From positions 960,001 through 992,000 of the forward strand of contig OY969931.1 in NCBI GenBank assembly GCA_963704705.1: DNA of 32,000 nucleotides, written 5' to 3'. The stretch's first letter is position 1; every line of letters starts with the position of its first letter. Below are positions 1 to 8,528 of this stretch, piece by piece. The notes beneath the pieces are model-generated. The model made no database searches. It was not told where the DNA came from and saw only the letters and a list, made by a program, of their open reading frames with translations. This DNA is from an uncultured bacterium (lineage in GTDB: Bacteria > Patescibacteriota > Gracilibacteria > UBA1369 > PNNO01). Position numbers and translations under genes: made by a program.

Positions 1-759
1 CAAGATGAAACAATTAGCCTTAAGGAACATAAAGAAACTTTAAGAACAATTGAAAATATAACCGGAGGAATTGGTCACGATTTGAAAAATGTTCTTGGGA
101 TATTACTTGGTAATCTTTCATTGCTTGAATGTGATAGTATTGGAGAAACCAGAGAGATGTACCAATCAATGATTGGGTCAACAATGCGAGGTATTAAATT
201 ATTAAACAGATTTATTAGATATACTTCCTCAAATAAATTAAAGTTAACAAGAATCGATTTATTTCCATTAGTTAAGGATATATCAGCTGAATATAGTTAT
301 TGGAAGGCTGCTCAAAACATTAAATTAAAGCTCGTTATGGAAGCATCAGAATTTGAATGCGATGTTGACAAAGTTGCTATAAGTCAGGTTATTCAAAATT
401 TACTTCAAAATGCCAAAGATGCCATGCCTTCAGGTGGAACAATTACAATCAGGCTTGGTGGTATTCAAAGTGCAAGTTTTGATATAGATGGGAACACAAT
501 TAGTACTCCTGAACAATATATGTGTATAAGTATTGAAGACGAAGGTGTGGGTATAGAAGAAGCAAACCGGTCTAAAATATTTCAACCAGAATTTACAACC
601 AAATATCATACCGAAGCTAATTTTGGTTTGGGTTTAGCGGTTGTTAAAAAAATTGTTGAAAATCATAATGGACACATAATTTTAGAAAGTAAAACCGGTC
701 CGGATTCATTTACAAAATTTCAAATTTTGCTTCCAAAACCGACAGATTCCCGACAATAG
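1..759 (+). CDS. Sensor histidine kinase, C-terminal part (5' end lies upstream of the window)
   Basis: Frame 1 is open from base 1. Upstream of the track's TTG at 82 it reads ...ITGGIGHDLKNVLG (H-box). This is followed by the N-box QNLLQNAKDAM, DEGVGI (G1) and GLGLAV (G2) of an HATPase_c domain. Stop TAG at 757-759. Confidence 0.85.
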   Translation, partial: QDETISLKEHKETLRTIENITGGIGHDLKNVLGILLGNLSLLECDSIGETREMYQSMIGSTMRGIKLLNRFIRYTSSNKLKLTRIDLFPLVKDISAEYSYWKAAQNIKLKLVMEASEFECDVDKVAISQVIQNLLQNAKDAMPSGGTITIRLGGIQSASFDIDGNTISTPEQYMCISIEDEGVGIEEANRSKIFQPEFTTKYHTEANFGLGLAVVKKIVENHNGHIILESKTGPDSFTKFQILLPKPTDSRQ

Positions 760-798
760 ATGCTTTACTTTAGTTATATAAATTAAAGTATCTACGTT

Positions 799-2058
799 AT
801 GGTTGAATTATCTAGTGAATCGGATTTACAGGTATCCAATGATCTCGATGTTTCCTTCAGGGAAATATTTGATTTAGAACATACGTCAAGGGAACTCCGG
901 CAGGCAGTAATGGATGTTTTAACTGAATATCCTGAATACGGTTTTTATTTTTTTAATCAGGGAGCATTCAAGCAAAAAATCAGCTTTCTAAAAGAGCAAT
1001 TTCTTCCAGACACTGAAGCTGCCAAAGTTGCTTATGCTGTAAAAGCCAATCCCAGAACACGTATATTACAATTATTACAGGAATACGGTATTGATACTTT
1101 TGATTGTGCATCCCCTGGTGAAATAGAAAGTGTTTTAAGAGTAAATCCTAACGCAAAAATTCTTTATAATAATCCCAGAAAATTAAAAAGAGAAATAAAA
1201 GCAGCATCCAGAATGGGGGTAAGACATTACACTGCACATAATCAAAGGGGCGTTGATAAAATTTTAGAAAACGTAATTCCATACGATAGCGAATCCCCTA
1301 TTGAAATAGCTGTTAGAATGCAAACACTTAATGAGAATGCCGAAATTAATCTTTCTACTAAATTTGGTACAACACCTGATGAAGTAAGAAGAATAGTTCA
1401 ATATCTCGTATTTGAAGCTCAGGTTATTCCGGGAATTGCTGTAAATGCCGGTTCACAAAATAAAAATCCGGAAATATACAGAAAAATTATTTTACAAATT
1501 GCAGAAATAATTAAAGATATTCGGGAATTGTTAATCATTAATTTAGGTGGAGGATTTCCTGTAAATTATCATGAAAAAGATCAATTCGATTTGAGAAATT
1601 ATTTCAAAGTTATAAATCAGGTTACTCATGAAGTACTCCATAGTGTTATTAGTGATGAAAATGCTCAAATTATTATTGAACCAGGGAGATCTGTTATTGC
1701 TGATTCTGTTGATTTATTTGTTCCTGTAATAGAACGTGAAACTCGAGAAGGAAGGCCTTGTATTACTATAGCTGATGGAATATTTACTTCATTTAGTGAT
1801 TATGCAATACACGGATGGAAATATCCTTTCAGGCCGTTCTCAATAGAAGAAAAAACATTTACAGATAATAAAACCAATTTTACTGTATTTGGACAAACCT
1901 GCGATTCCGGAGACAAAATAAATTCTGTTGAATTACCAAATAATATAGATGAAGGTGATTATTTATGGGTACCAGGTGCTGGTGCATATTTAGATTCGCA
2001 AGCAAGTCAATTTAACGGCTTTTTACCTCACAGATATGTTTTTTATAATTCTAACTAA
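799..2058 (+). CDS. PLP-dependent decarboxylase of the Orn/Lys/Arg/DAP (fold-type III, ODC-like) family
   Basis: ATG start. Family motifs are all present: AYAVKANP (PLP lysine), GGGFPV (phosphate-binding Gly loop), EPGRSV, CDSGD (active-site Cys) and GAGAY...FNGF near the C-terminus, as in eukaryote-type ornithine/lysine decarboxylases. Substrate cannot be told from sequence alone. Confidence 0.85.
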   Translation: MVELSSESDLQVSNDLDVSFREIFDLEHTSRELRQAVMDVLTEYPEYGFYFFNQGAFKQKISFLKEQFLPDTEAAKVAYAVKANPRTRILQLLQEYGIDTFDCASPGEIESVLRVNPNAKILYNNPRKLKREIKAASRMGVRHYTAHNQRGVDKILENVIPYDSESPIEIAVRMQTLNENAEINLSTKFGTTPDEVRRIVQYLVFEAQVIPGIAVNAGSQNKNPEIYRKIILQIAEIIKDIRELLIINLGGGFPVNYHEKDQFDLRNYFKVINQVTHEVLHSVISDENAQIIIEPGRSVIADSVDLFVPVIERETREGRPCITIADGIFTSFSDYAIHGWKYPFRPFSIEEKTFTDNKTNFTVFGQTCDSGDKINSVELPNNIDEGDYLWVPGAGAYLDSQASQFNGFLPHRYVFYNSN

Positions 2059-2064
2059 ACAAAT

Positions 2065-3984
2065 ATGAATCCCGAAACTAGTAATATGCAAATCGTTGCA
2101 TATCCTGATATGTCAGAAATGCCAGAAGAAACATTGCAAAAACTTGCTGCAAAAGAGAGGGAATGGTTTGGATACGGCATGGAAGGAGCAGGGTTTGGAG
2201 AATATGCAATTTGTTCAAATCCTGAATGCAGAAGGATACTTTCTGTTGAAGATGCTTATCCTCAGGTTAATGAAGCAACTGGTAAATATATTCCATTAGC
2301 TGAGCTTGAGAAGGATGGAATTAATCTTCCATGCTGTCCGGATTGCAGTGGACCTATGGAACCGCTGCTTGATCCTGCTTTTTTCCCGGAATATTTAAGA
2401 TTATATTTCTCTCAAAAAGTGTATGGGGCGTTGCTAATGGATGGTGAAGAAGTTTTAGGATCAGTATCGGCATTTACTGCACCATTTGAAATGGCTTTTG
2501 AAGATAATATAAATTATAGAGAAGGTTATGATATAGATAATGTTATAGAAAGAATTTCTAAACTTACCAATAGAACTCCTGATGAAATTAGAAATCAGGT
2601 AGTTGTTTGTTGTAATAGAATCGCTATAGATCATAGTGCTCGTGGAAACAAATTAATTCCTGAACTAATTAACAAAACACTTAGTATTAATCCTGAAAAT
2701 GATGACTTGCCATTTATAGCTGACGTTAAACGCCCAGGCAATTTATATGGAATGTTCAATGCATATAGCGCTCATCCAATACAAGAAGATGAATTCAGAG
2801 GAAGTTTTATTTATGCAGAAGAAACTTCACAAATTAGAGAAGGAACTGGATTATCAAATGAAGAATTTGAAAAAAGATTAAAACAAATTGCTGAAAAAAT
2901 TAAAAGAAATCAACAAGAGAGACTTCAAGAAGAAGGTTTAAAACCTTTTCATGCAATTGGTGTGCCTTTATTAAGAGAGGTTTTTGGAAATCAAGGTGAA
3001 ATGCGCGGCAATACTTTATTTAATGTTTTCGAGAATCATGAAGGTAAAAAGTTTCAAGTTGAAGTATTTGACTCAGATACAGTTAATGAAGAAAAATTAA
3101 AACAATTTACTAATACTTTTAGACTTATTTTCAACAATAAATTTAGTGGTCAGTTTCTTGTTCATCCAAGTACAGTTAAACCAATTTCAGTAAAAGATGT
3201 ATTGAGCTTAAAAGCTGAACAATTACTAGAAATTTTTGATTTAAATCCAAAGGAGTTAGAAGAATTGTTAGAAGCATTAAAGGCAAATCCAAAACAATTA
3301 GTTGATTTAAATATTCTCGATAGATGTAATCCTGATAAATATCCAAAAAATCCTGGAACCCATGAATCAGCAGTGTTCTGGCATAATCCAGAAAAAGTGC
3401 TAGAAATATTTAAAGAAAAAGCAAAAAAAAATGCACACTTTGCTGTAATAAAGAGATTAGACATTGAAAAAGAAGTTGGGTCACCTGATACAGAATATGC
3501 AGGAATTATGTTTGGAAGAAAATGTACGATTCGTGAACTTTTTGAATCAGAAGAATGGGAAAATCCTATTTTATATTCTGGTATTAGAGTTCCTGAAAAT
3601 TTAAGAGATTTTGATGATTTTCTTAATAAATTAAATGAAAAATTAATTGCTAATGCTTATGAACCAGTTAATGAAGATAGTGAAGTATATGGATGGAACT
3701 GTATTGCGACACATCCTGATGTACGAGGATTAGAACATTTAATGAGATTAACTACAGCATTTTTTAATTCAATTCCTAAGAAAATGATAAATGAATTGAT
3801 GGTTATTGGTGAAACCCAGGTCTCATCAAGAGCACATCTACTTTTTCAAACAGCAGGTGGTCTTGATATAACAGGAGTGCTTACAGAATCTGATGAAGTT
3901 CAAAACGGAGATCCAGTTATTATTGTGGGACCATTAAAAAGAGCTTATAAAAACTTTGCAATTCCATTAGAAATGTTTGTATAA
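2065..3984 (+). CDS. Uncharacterised 639-aa protein: N-terminal Cys cluster (zinc-ribbon-like) plus two GNAT-like acyltransferase-type halves joined by a charged helical linker
   Basis: Long ORF starting 6 nt after the decarboxylase stop. Cys cluster C50-x4-C55 ... C90-C91-x2-C94. Two segments resemble GNAT motif A (beta4-alpha3): IAIDHSARGNKLIPELINKTL (about nt 2620) and CIATHPDVRGLEHLMRLTTAFF (about nt 3710-3775). The domain call is from motif resemblance only. Confidence 0.7.
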   Translation: MNPETSNMQIVAYPDMSEMPEETLQKLAAKEREWFGYGMEGAGFGEYAICSNPECRRILSVEDAYPQVNEATGKYIPLAELEKDGINLPCCPDCSGPMEPLLDPAFFPEYLRLYFSQKVYGALLMDGEEVLGSVSAFTAPFEMAFEDNINYREGYDIDNVIERISKLTNRTPDEIRNQVVVCCNRIAIDHSARGNKLIPELINKTLSINPENDDLPFIADVKRPGNLYGMFNAYSAHPIQEDEFRGSFIYAEETSQIREGTGLSNEEFEKRLKQIAEKIKRNQQERLQEEGLKPFHAIGVPLLREVFGNQGEMRGNTLFNVFENHEGKKFQVEVFDSDTVNEEKLKQFTNTFRLIFNNKFSGQFLVHPSTVKPISVKDVLSLKAEQLLEIFDLNPKELEELLEALKANPKQLVDLNILDRCNPDKYPKNPGTHESAVFWHNPEKVLEIFKEKAKKNAHFAVIKRLDIEKEVGSPDTEYAGIMFGRKCTIRELFESEEWENPILYSGIRVPENLRDFDDFLNKLNEKLIANAYEPVNEDSEVYGWNCIATHPDVRGLEHLMRLTTAFFNSIPKKMINELMVIGETQVSSRAHLLFQTAGGLDITGVLTESDEVQNGDPVIIVGPLKRAYKNFAIPLEMFV

Positions 3985-4014
3985 AATTCTAAAAACTGCT
4001 AAAAAGATCTTGAT

Positions 4015-6135
4015 ATGGATGCTTATCTTTCAATAATTTATATTTTCTGTGCGTTCTTGAGCATAACTCTCGGTGTTGCTGCATTTCTGTTTAATAAAAA
4101 GATGAAAAGTAACCAAGCATTTTTTCTATTCTCGGTTAGTACTGGTTTATGGATACTTTCACTTTTCTTTTTATACTATTCAGTTAATCCATATATTGAA
4201 TTATTATCTTTAATTTCAGTAAAACTTGCATATGGATTTTCTTTGTTAATGACGTTTTCATTTACTATATTTATGTATTATTTCCCGAAAAAAACTATTA
4301 AGTTTTCTAGATACATAATCAATTCTTATATAGCGATTAATTTATTATTAATTGCTATAACAGTGTTCACTCCTTTAATTCACAGAGAACAAATTATTAT
4401 TAATGGACTGTATAGTGCCGACAAATTAGGTCCACTTTATTTTCTTTATATATTATTTATAGTAATAAATTTTTCAGTTTCAATGTTGATAGCAATTCAC
4501 AAAGCTATAAGCTTATCAGGTATTGCAAAAAAGAAATTAAATATAGTTTTGTTCGCATTTGGAACCTTCGGAGTGATTGCAATTTTAATAAATGTAATTC
4601 TTCCAGCTTTTAAAATCTATTTCTTTCTAAATAAAACTGCAGTTTTAACATTATTTTTTCTTATCCCAGCTTTTTATTCAATACATAAGCATAGATTCTT
4701 TAATATTTCTTATATAGCTCTAGAATCATTAAGATTATTCATACTTTTAAGCGTATATATTGTTACAATTATATCTATATATTATTTTTTCATATATTTA
4801 ATTCCAGATTTTAATGATTTAATGGCGCTAATACTTAGTATTTTAGCTGGTTTATATTTATGGAATAAAATGCAAATATATATTCCACAACTAATAATTG
4901 GAGATTTTACAAAATCTAAAAAAATACTTTCAAAACTTCAGGCATCAATAAATACATGTTCAACATACAGTGAATTAGAATCTCTTTTAGAAAAATATTT
5001 CGTTTTAGATCAAAATATCACATCAATCAGTCTATACTTTGTTAGAAGCAATAAGTTAAATATAAATATTCCTATTTATGTTCAAAATAATTTTACAAAA
5101 CTAATTAGTTCTTTACCTAATAAAATATATGTTAAAGAAGAAATCAGATATTTGAAGCTTTCGAAGAAAGAAAGCAAACTAATAATACAAAAATTTGAAG
5201 CTTTCGATGCATCAATTATAATGCCACTTTTTGCAGAACATAAATTAATTGGATTTTTAATACTTGGCAGCAAAGAAAAGAACAAACTTTATACTCATGA
5301 AGAAATTAATCAAATACTCAAAATCAAACCGCAATTAGAAATAGCATTAACAAATTTTCTTCTTAAATTAAATCTTCAGGAAGAAAATAATATGATGAAA
5401 GAATTGATTGAGAAAAAAACTCATAAATTACAGGAACAATTTAAGGAAATTAAAAAACTGCTTGAACAACAATCTGATTTTATAGCTGTAACAGCACATG
5501 AATTCAGAACGCCTTTAAGTATTGCCATGTTTCAACTGGAAGACACACTAACTACGCATGAACATACTCCCCAGGTAATTAAAGATATGGAAGTAATGGC
5601 TGATTCTTTAAACAATCTTAAAAACCTTACTCAAAAACTTTTTGATGTACAGCAATATGATCTTAATAAAATTAAATTAAATAAAAAACAAATCAATTTA
5701 TACGATTATTTATTACTTATTTTTAATGAATTTAAATTAATTATGAAAGAAAATAAAACGGAATTTATTTTTAATTATAATTTGAATAAAAATTTAGAAA
5801 TTGAAATTGATGAACACCAAATAAGACAAATTTTTGCCAATTTACTTAATAATGCAGCTAAGTTTGCAGATAAATCAAATCCGGAAATTAAAATAGAAGC
5901 TAATGGTGAAAATAATAAAATTCAAATATCTATAATTGATAATGGTCAGGGAATTTCAGATAAAGATAAAGTAAGAGTATTTGAAAAATTCCAGACAACC
6001 AAAGTTACAATGGGTACTGGCATTGGTTTAGGTTTATATATATGCAAAAAAATTATTGAACTTCATAATGGAAAAATATGGATTGAAGACAATAAACCAA
6101 AAGGAGCTAAATTCATTTTTGAATTAAGAAAATAA
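4015..6135 (+). CDS. Membrane sensor histidine kinase (polytopic N-terminal sensor, GAF-like domain, HisKA, HATPase_c)
   Basis: About 9-10 hydrophobic segments in the first 290 aa. GAF-like end IIMPLFAEHKLIGFLILGSKE. Coiled linker. H-box VTAHEFRTPLS. N-box ANLLNNAAKF. DNGQGI (G1). GTGIGLGL (G2). Confidence 0.9.
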   Translation: MDAYLSIIYIFCAFLSITLGVAAFLFNKKMKSNQAFFLFSVSTGLWILSLFFLYYSVNPYIELLSLISVKLAYGFSLLMTFSFTIFMYYFPKKTIKFSRYIINSYIAINLLLIAITVFTPLIHREQIIINGLYSADKLGPLYFLYILFIVINFSVSMLIAIHKAISLSGIAKKKLNIVLFAFGTFGVIAILINVILPAFKIYFFLNKTAVLTLFFLIPAFYSIHKHRFFNISYIALESLRLFILLSVYIVTIISIYYFFIYLIPDFNDLMALILSILAGLYLWNKMQIYIPQLIIGDFTKSKKILSKLQASINTCSTYSELESLLEKYFVLDQNITSISLYFVRSNKLNINIPIYVQNNFTKLISSLPNKIYVKEEIRYLKLSKKESKLIIQKFEAFDASIIMPLFAEHKLIGFLILGSKEKNKLYTHEEINQILKIKPQLEIALTNFLLKLNLQEENNMMKELIEKKTHKLQEQFKEIKKLLEQQSDFIAVTAHEFRTPLSIAMFQLEDTLTTHEHTPQVIKDMEVMADSLNNLKNLTQKLFDVQQYDLNKIKLNKKQINLYDYLLLIFNEFKLIMKENKTEFIFNYNLNKNLEIEIDEHQIRQIFANLLNNAAKFADKSNPEIKIEANGENNKIQISIIDNGQGISDKDKVRVFEKFQTTKVTMGTGIGLGLYICKKIIELHNGKIWIEDNKPKGAKFIFELRK

Positions 6136-6492
6136 CTTTTTAACGTATTCAACCAATACTTTAGGTGGAGTATTAAGTTTTATAAGGTAATCATCAACAC
6201 CTGCTTGTTTTGCATCTTCCTGAATTTGTTGATTGCTGTAATTTGAAAGCATGACAATTTTAACTCCGGGCAGCACCTTTTTTATTCTTGGGATAAAATC
6301 TAGGCCCGCTTCTTCTTCGCCTCTTATTCCATGATCTAAAAGTGCAAGATCAGGTTTAAATTTACTTAAAAGTTTAGAAGCCTCATCAACACTTACTGCA
6401 CATTTAACATTAAAGCCTGCTGCTTCAAGATTTTTCTTGTATATATTTGCCAAAATCGGTTCGTCTTCTAAAATTAAAATGTTTTTTTCCAT
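6124..6492 (-). CDS. Single-domain response regulator (receiver only, CheY/Spo0F-like)
   Basis: 122 aa. ILILEDEP acidic pocket, phospho-acceptor context LALLDHGI, MLSN and conserved K (DYLIKL). No output domain. The 3' end overlaps the kinase 3' end by 12 nt (convergent). Confidence 0.9.
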   Translation of the reverse strand: MEKNILILEDEPILANIYKKNLEAAGFNVKCAVSVDEASKLLSKFKPDLALLDHGIRGEEEAGLDFIPRIKKVLPGVKIVMLSNYSNQQIQEDAKQAGVDDYLIKLNTPPKVLVEYVKKLFS

Positions 6493-6538
6493 AACTAATA
6501 TATTACCTTTTTAGCAAAGCTAATTATATATCTATTCT

Positions 6539-7222
6539 TTATTTTTGCAAAATATAGCCTTCTCCTCTTTTTGTTTTTAACCAATTAGCACAATAAGGTT
6601 CCAATTCGTCTCTAAGACTTTGAATATTTGATCTTAAATTACGATTTTTTCTTATTCCTGGATAATCACCCCAAAATTTTTCCTTTACATAAGCCGCTGG
6701 AAGCAATTCCTCGGGGTTAACCAAAAATAATCTTAATAAAAATTTATTCTTTTTTGTTAAATTTATAGGTTTATTATTAAAGTAAAATTGGTTTGTGTGA
6801 AAATCATATGACAATTCTTTATATTTCAAAATTCTTTTTAATGAAAAATCTTCAGATAACTGCATCCATCTTTCGATTCGCAATTCCAGCTCTTTAGAAT
6901 TAAATGGCTTTCTTATATAATCATTTGCACCTAATTTGAATGCTTTTTCCAAATATGAAATCGAAGTAACACTTGTTAAAATTATTATTGGTATTTTTTT
7001 ATTTTTTTCTCTTATCTTAGCGCATAAATCAAGCCCTGTAAGGCTGTCTTTACCAAGAAAAATATCTAAAAGCAACAAATCAAATACATCAGAATAAATC
7101 TTATCAAAAGCCTGATTAAAATCATGAGCAACATCAACAATATTAATCAGTTTATTTGCTGATAGAATTTTTTTTATAGATTGAGCTACCTGTATGTTAT
7201 CTTCTACTACTAAAACATTCAT
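6539..7222 (-). CDS. OmpR/PhoB-family response regulator (receiver plus winged-helix DNA-binding domain)
   Basis: MNVLVVEDN..., DLLLLDIFL (acceptor Asp), ILTS, DYIRKPF. C-terminal trans_reg_C-like LTKKNKFLLRLFLVNPEELL ... RGEGYIL. Confidence 0.9.
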   Translation of the reverse strand: MNVLVVEDNIQVAQSIKKILSANKLINIVDVAHDFNQAFDKIYSDVFDLLLLDIFLGKDSLTGLDLCAKIREKNKKIPIIILTSVTSISYLEKAFKLGANDYIRKPFNSKELELRIERWMQLSEDFSLKRILKYKELSYDFHTNQFYFNNKPINLTKKNKFLLRLFLVNPEELLPAAYVKEKFWGDYPGIRKNRNLRSNIQSLRDELEPYCANWLKTKRGEGYILQK

Positions 7223-7314
7223 TTTTTACTTTGTAAATGACATTTTCATAATATTTCAAAACTTTTTTTAAAAAAAGCTATATTATACAGTAGTCGTTGA
7301 CATAAACTCACAAT

Positions 7315-7899
7315 ATGAATCAATTAAATGAAAAAGATATAATCAGGCATTACTTATTAAACTTATTAACCATACTTAATATTGAATTATCAAATTTCAA
7401 TATTAAGCGAGCAGATAAAAGAAAAATTGATGATTTAATTGGTGTCGCAAGTATACTAATTGCAAATGAGAATATATTTTTAAATGAAAAATCATCATTA
7501 TTTATTCAGGATGTTCATTTAAAGGACCTTATTGAGCTAAATTGCGAAATTTTAAAATCAGAAATACAAAAGAAAAAAATTTCCATCAATTTGCCACAAG
7601 ATGATTTGATAATTAAAGTTGATAAATTCTATTTTAGCGAAGCATTAAAATATTTATTAAAAGAATTAATTAAAGATAATACTAAAATTTCTTTTGGAAT
7701 TAATAAAACAGATAACAAACTCGAGATTATTCATGAAAGAAAAACCGAATTACCTCAACCAGCAGATAAAATCATCGATTTATTAAAAACAAAAAACTTC
7801 CAAAAAGATGATATTACTTTTCAATTAGCATGCACTATTATCAAAATACATAATATAAAATTAAGCCTGAAAAATAATTGTATTATTATGTCTTTTTAA
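7315..7899 (+). CDS. Degenerate histidine-kinase-like protein (DHp-like helix with His, CA-like domain lacking G-boxes); possible Spo0B-type phosphotransferase
   Basis: 194 aa, no TM segment. N-terminal IIRHYLLNLLTIL resembles an H-box helix. ALKYLLKELIKDN resembles an N-box. No DxGxG or GxGxG ATP-lid motifs are present. Divergently placed next to the two regulators. Confidence 0.55.
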   Translation: MNQLNEKDIIRHYLLNLLTILNIELSNFNIKRADKRKIDDLIGVASILIANENIFLNEKSSLFIQDVHLKDLIELNCEILKSEIQKKKISINLPQDDLIIKVDKFYFSEALKYLLKELIKDNTKISFGINKTDNKLEIIHERKTELPQPADKIIDLLKTKNFQKDDITFQLACTIIKIHNIKLSLKNNCIIMSF

Positions 7900-7912
7900 T
7901 AATTATATAAAA

Positions 7913-8524
7913 TCACATGTCGTCAGTGTCTGAATCCCATGAGCTCCAATCGAATTCATCATTTCCAACTTCTTCACTTAAAACATTACCAGAAGCGTCA
8001 ACATGGATTTCATAAAGGGATTTATTATAGATTAATTCAGCCACATAAAAATCATTTTTTGGCTTAACATTAACAATTTCAGAATTAGGGTATTTTTTGC
8101 TCAAAATTGATTTAATTTTATTAAGTTGATCCGATATTGAAGCAATAGAACTTGAATCTCCGCTTACCAAAAGGCCAATATAATAATCATTTAAAAGATC
8201 CCATGCAAAATTCGAATGAATCGATGCAAAAATACCGGTAACAACCTCCCCGCAGCGACTAACAATTGTTTGACTGCCTCCTGGATGTTTACCAATATAA
8301 GTTGATACATCGTATACCTTATTATTAATTACCAAATAACAATCACCCTGCTTATTATGCTTTGCAACCTCCTCCAATGTTAAAGGAGCAGCTGAATCCG
8401 TCACTGAAGTCGTTCCTGAAGGTGTTTTTGTCACGTCAACTGTTGGGTACATAATGCTTAAAATCAATACTCCAACTAAAACAAATGCAAATATTATCAG
8501 GGTAGCTAAAGTAAATTTTTTCAT
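7913..8524 (-). CDS. Membrane-anchored cytochrome b5-like heme-binding domain protein with C-terminal PepSY-like domain
   Basis: N-terminal TM anchor (LATLIIFAFVLVGVLILSIM). Cyt b5 core LTLEEVAKHNKQGDCYLVINNKVYDVSTYIGKHPGG with the second His in FASIHSN. C-terminal KKYPNSEIVNV...YEIHVDASGNVLSEE resembles PepSY. Starts 4 nt after the upstream gene's stop. Confidence 0.8.
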   Translation of the reverse strand: MKKFTLATLIIFAFVLVGVLILSIMYPTVDVTKTPSGTTSVTDSAAPLTLEEVAKHNKQGDCYLVINNKVYDVSTYIGKHPGGSQTIVSRCGEVVTGIFASIHSNFAWDLLNDYYIGLLVSGDSSSIASISDQLNKIKSILSKKYPNSEIVNVKPKNDFYVAELIYNKSLYEIHVDASGNVLSEEVGNDEFDWSSWDSDTDDM

Positions 8525-8528
8525 GATT

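Noticed and set aside
82-759. Track start (TTG at 82) for the first histidine kinase ORF
   Set aside because: The frame is open back to base 1, and the H-box (GGIGHDLKN) straddles position 82. The gene is therefore truncated by the window edge rather than starting at 82.
2065-3984. Possible relationship of the 639-aa protein to arginyl/leucyl-tRNA protein transferases (ATE1/Bpt), which also combine an N-terminal Cys cluster containing a CCP motif with a double-GNAT fold
   Set aside because: Only the CCP tripeptide and the general architecture match. I could not find the other ATE_N/ATE_C signature residues. It is kept as an idea to test by HHpred or structure prediction, not as a call.
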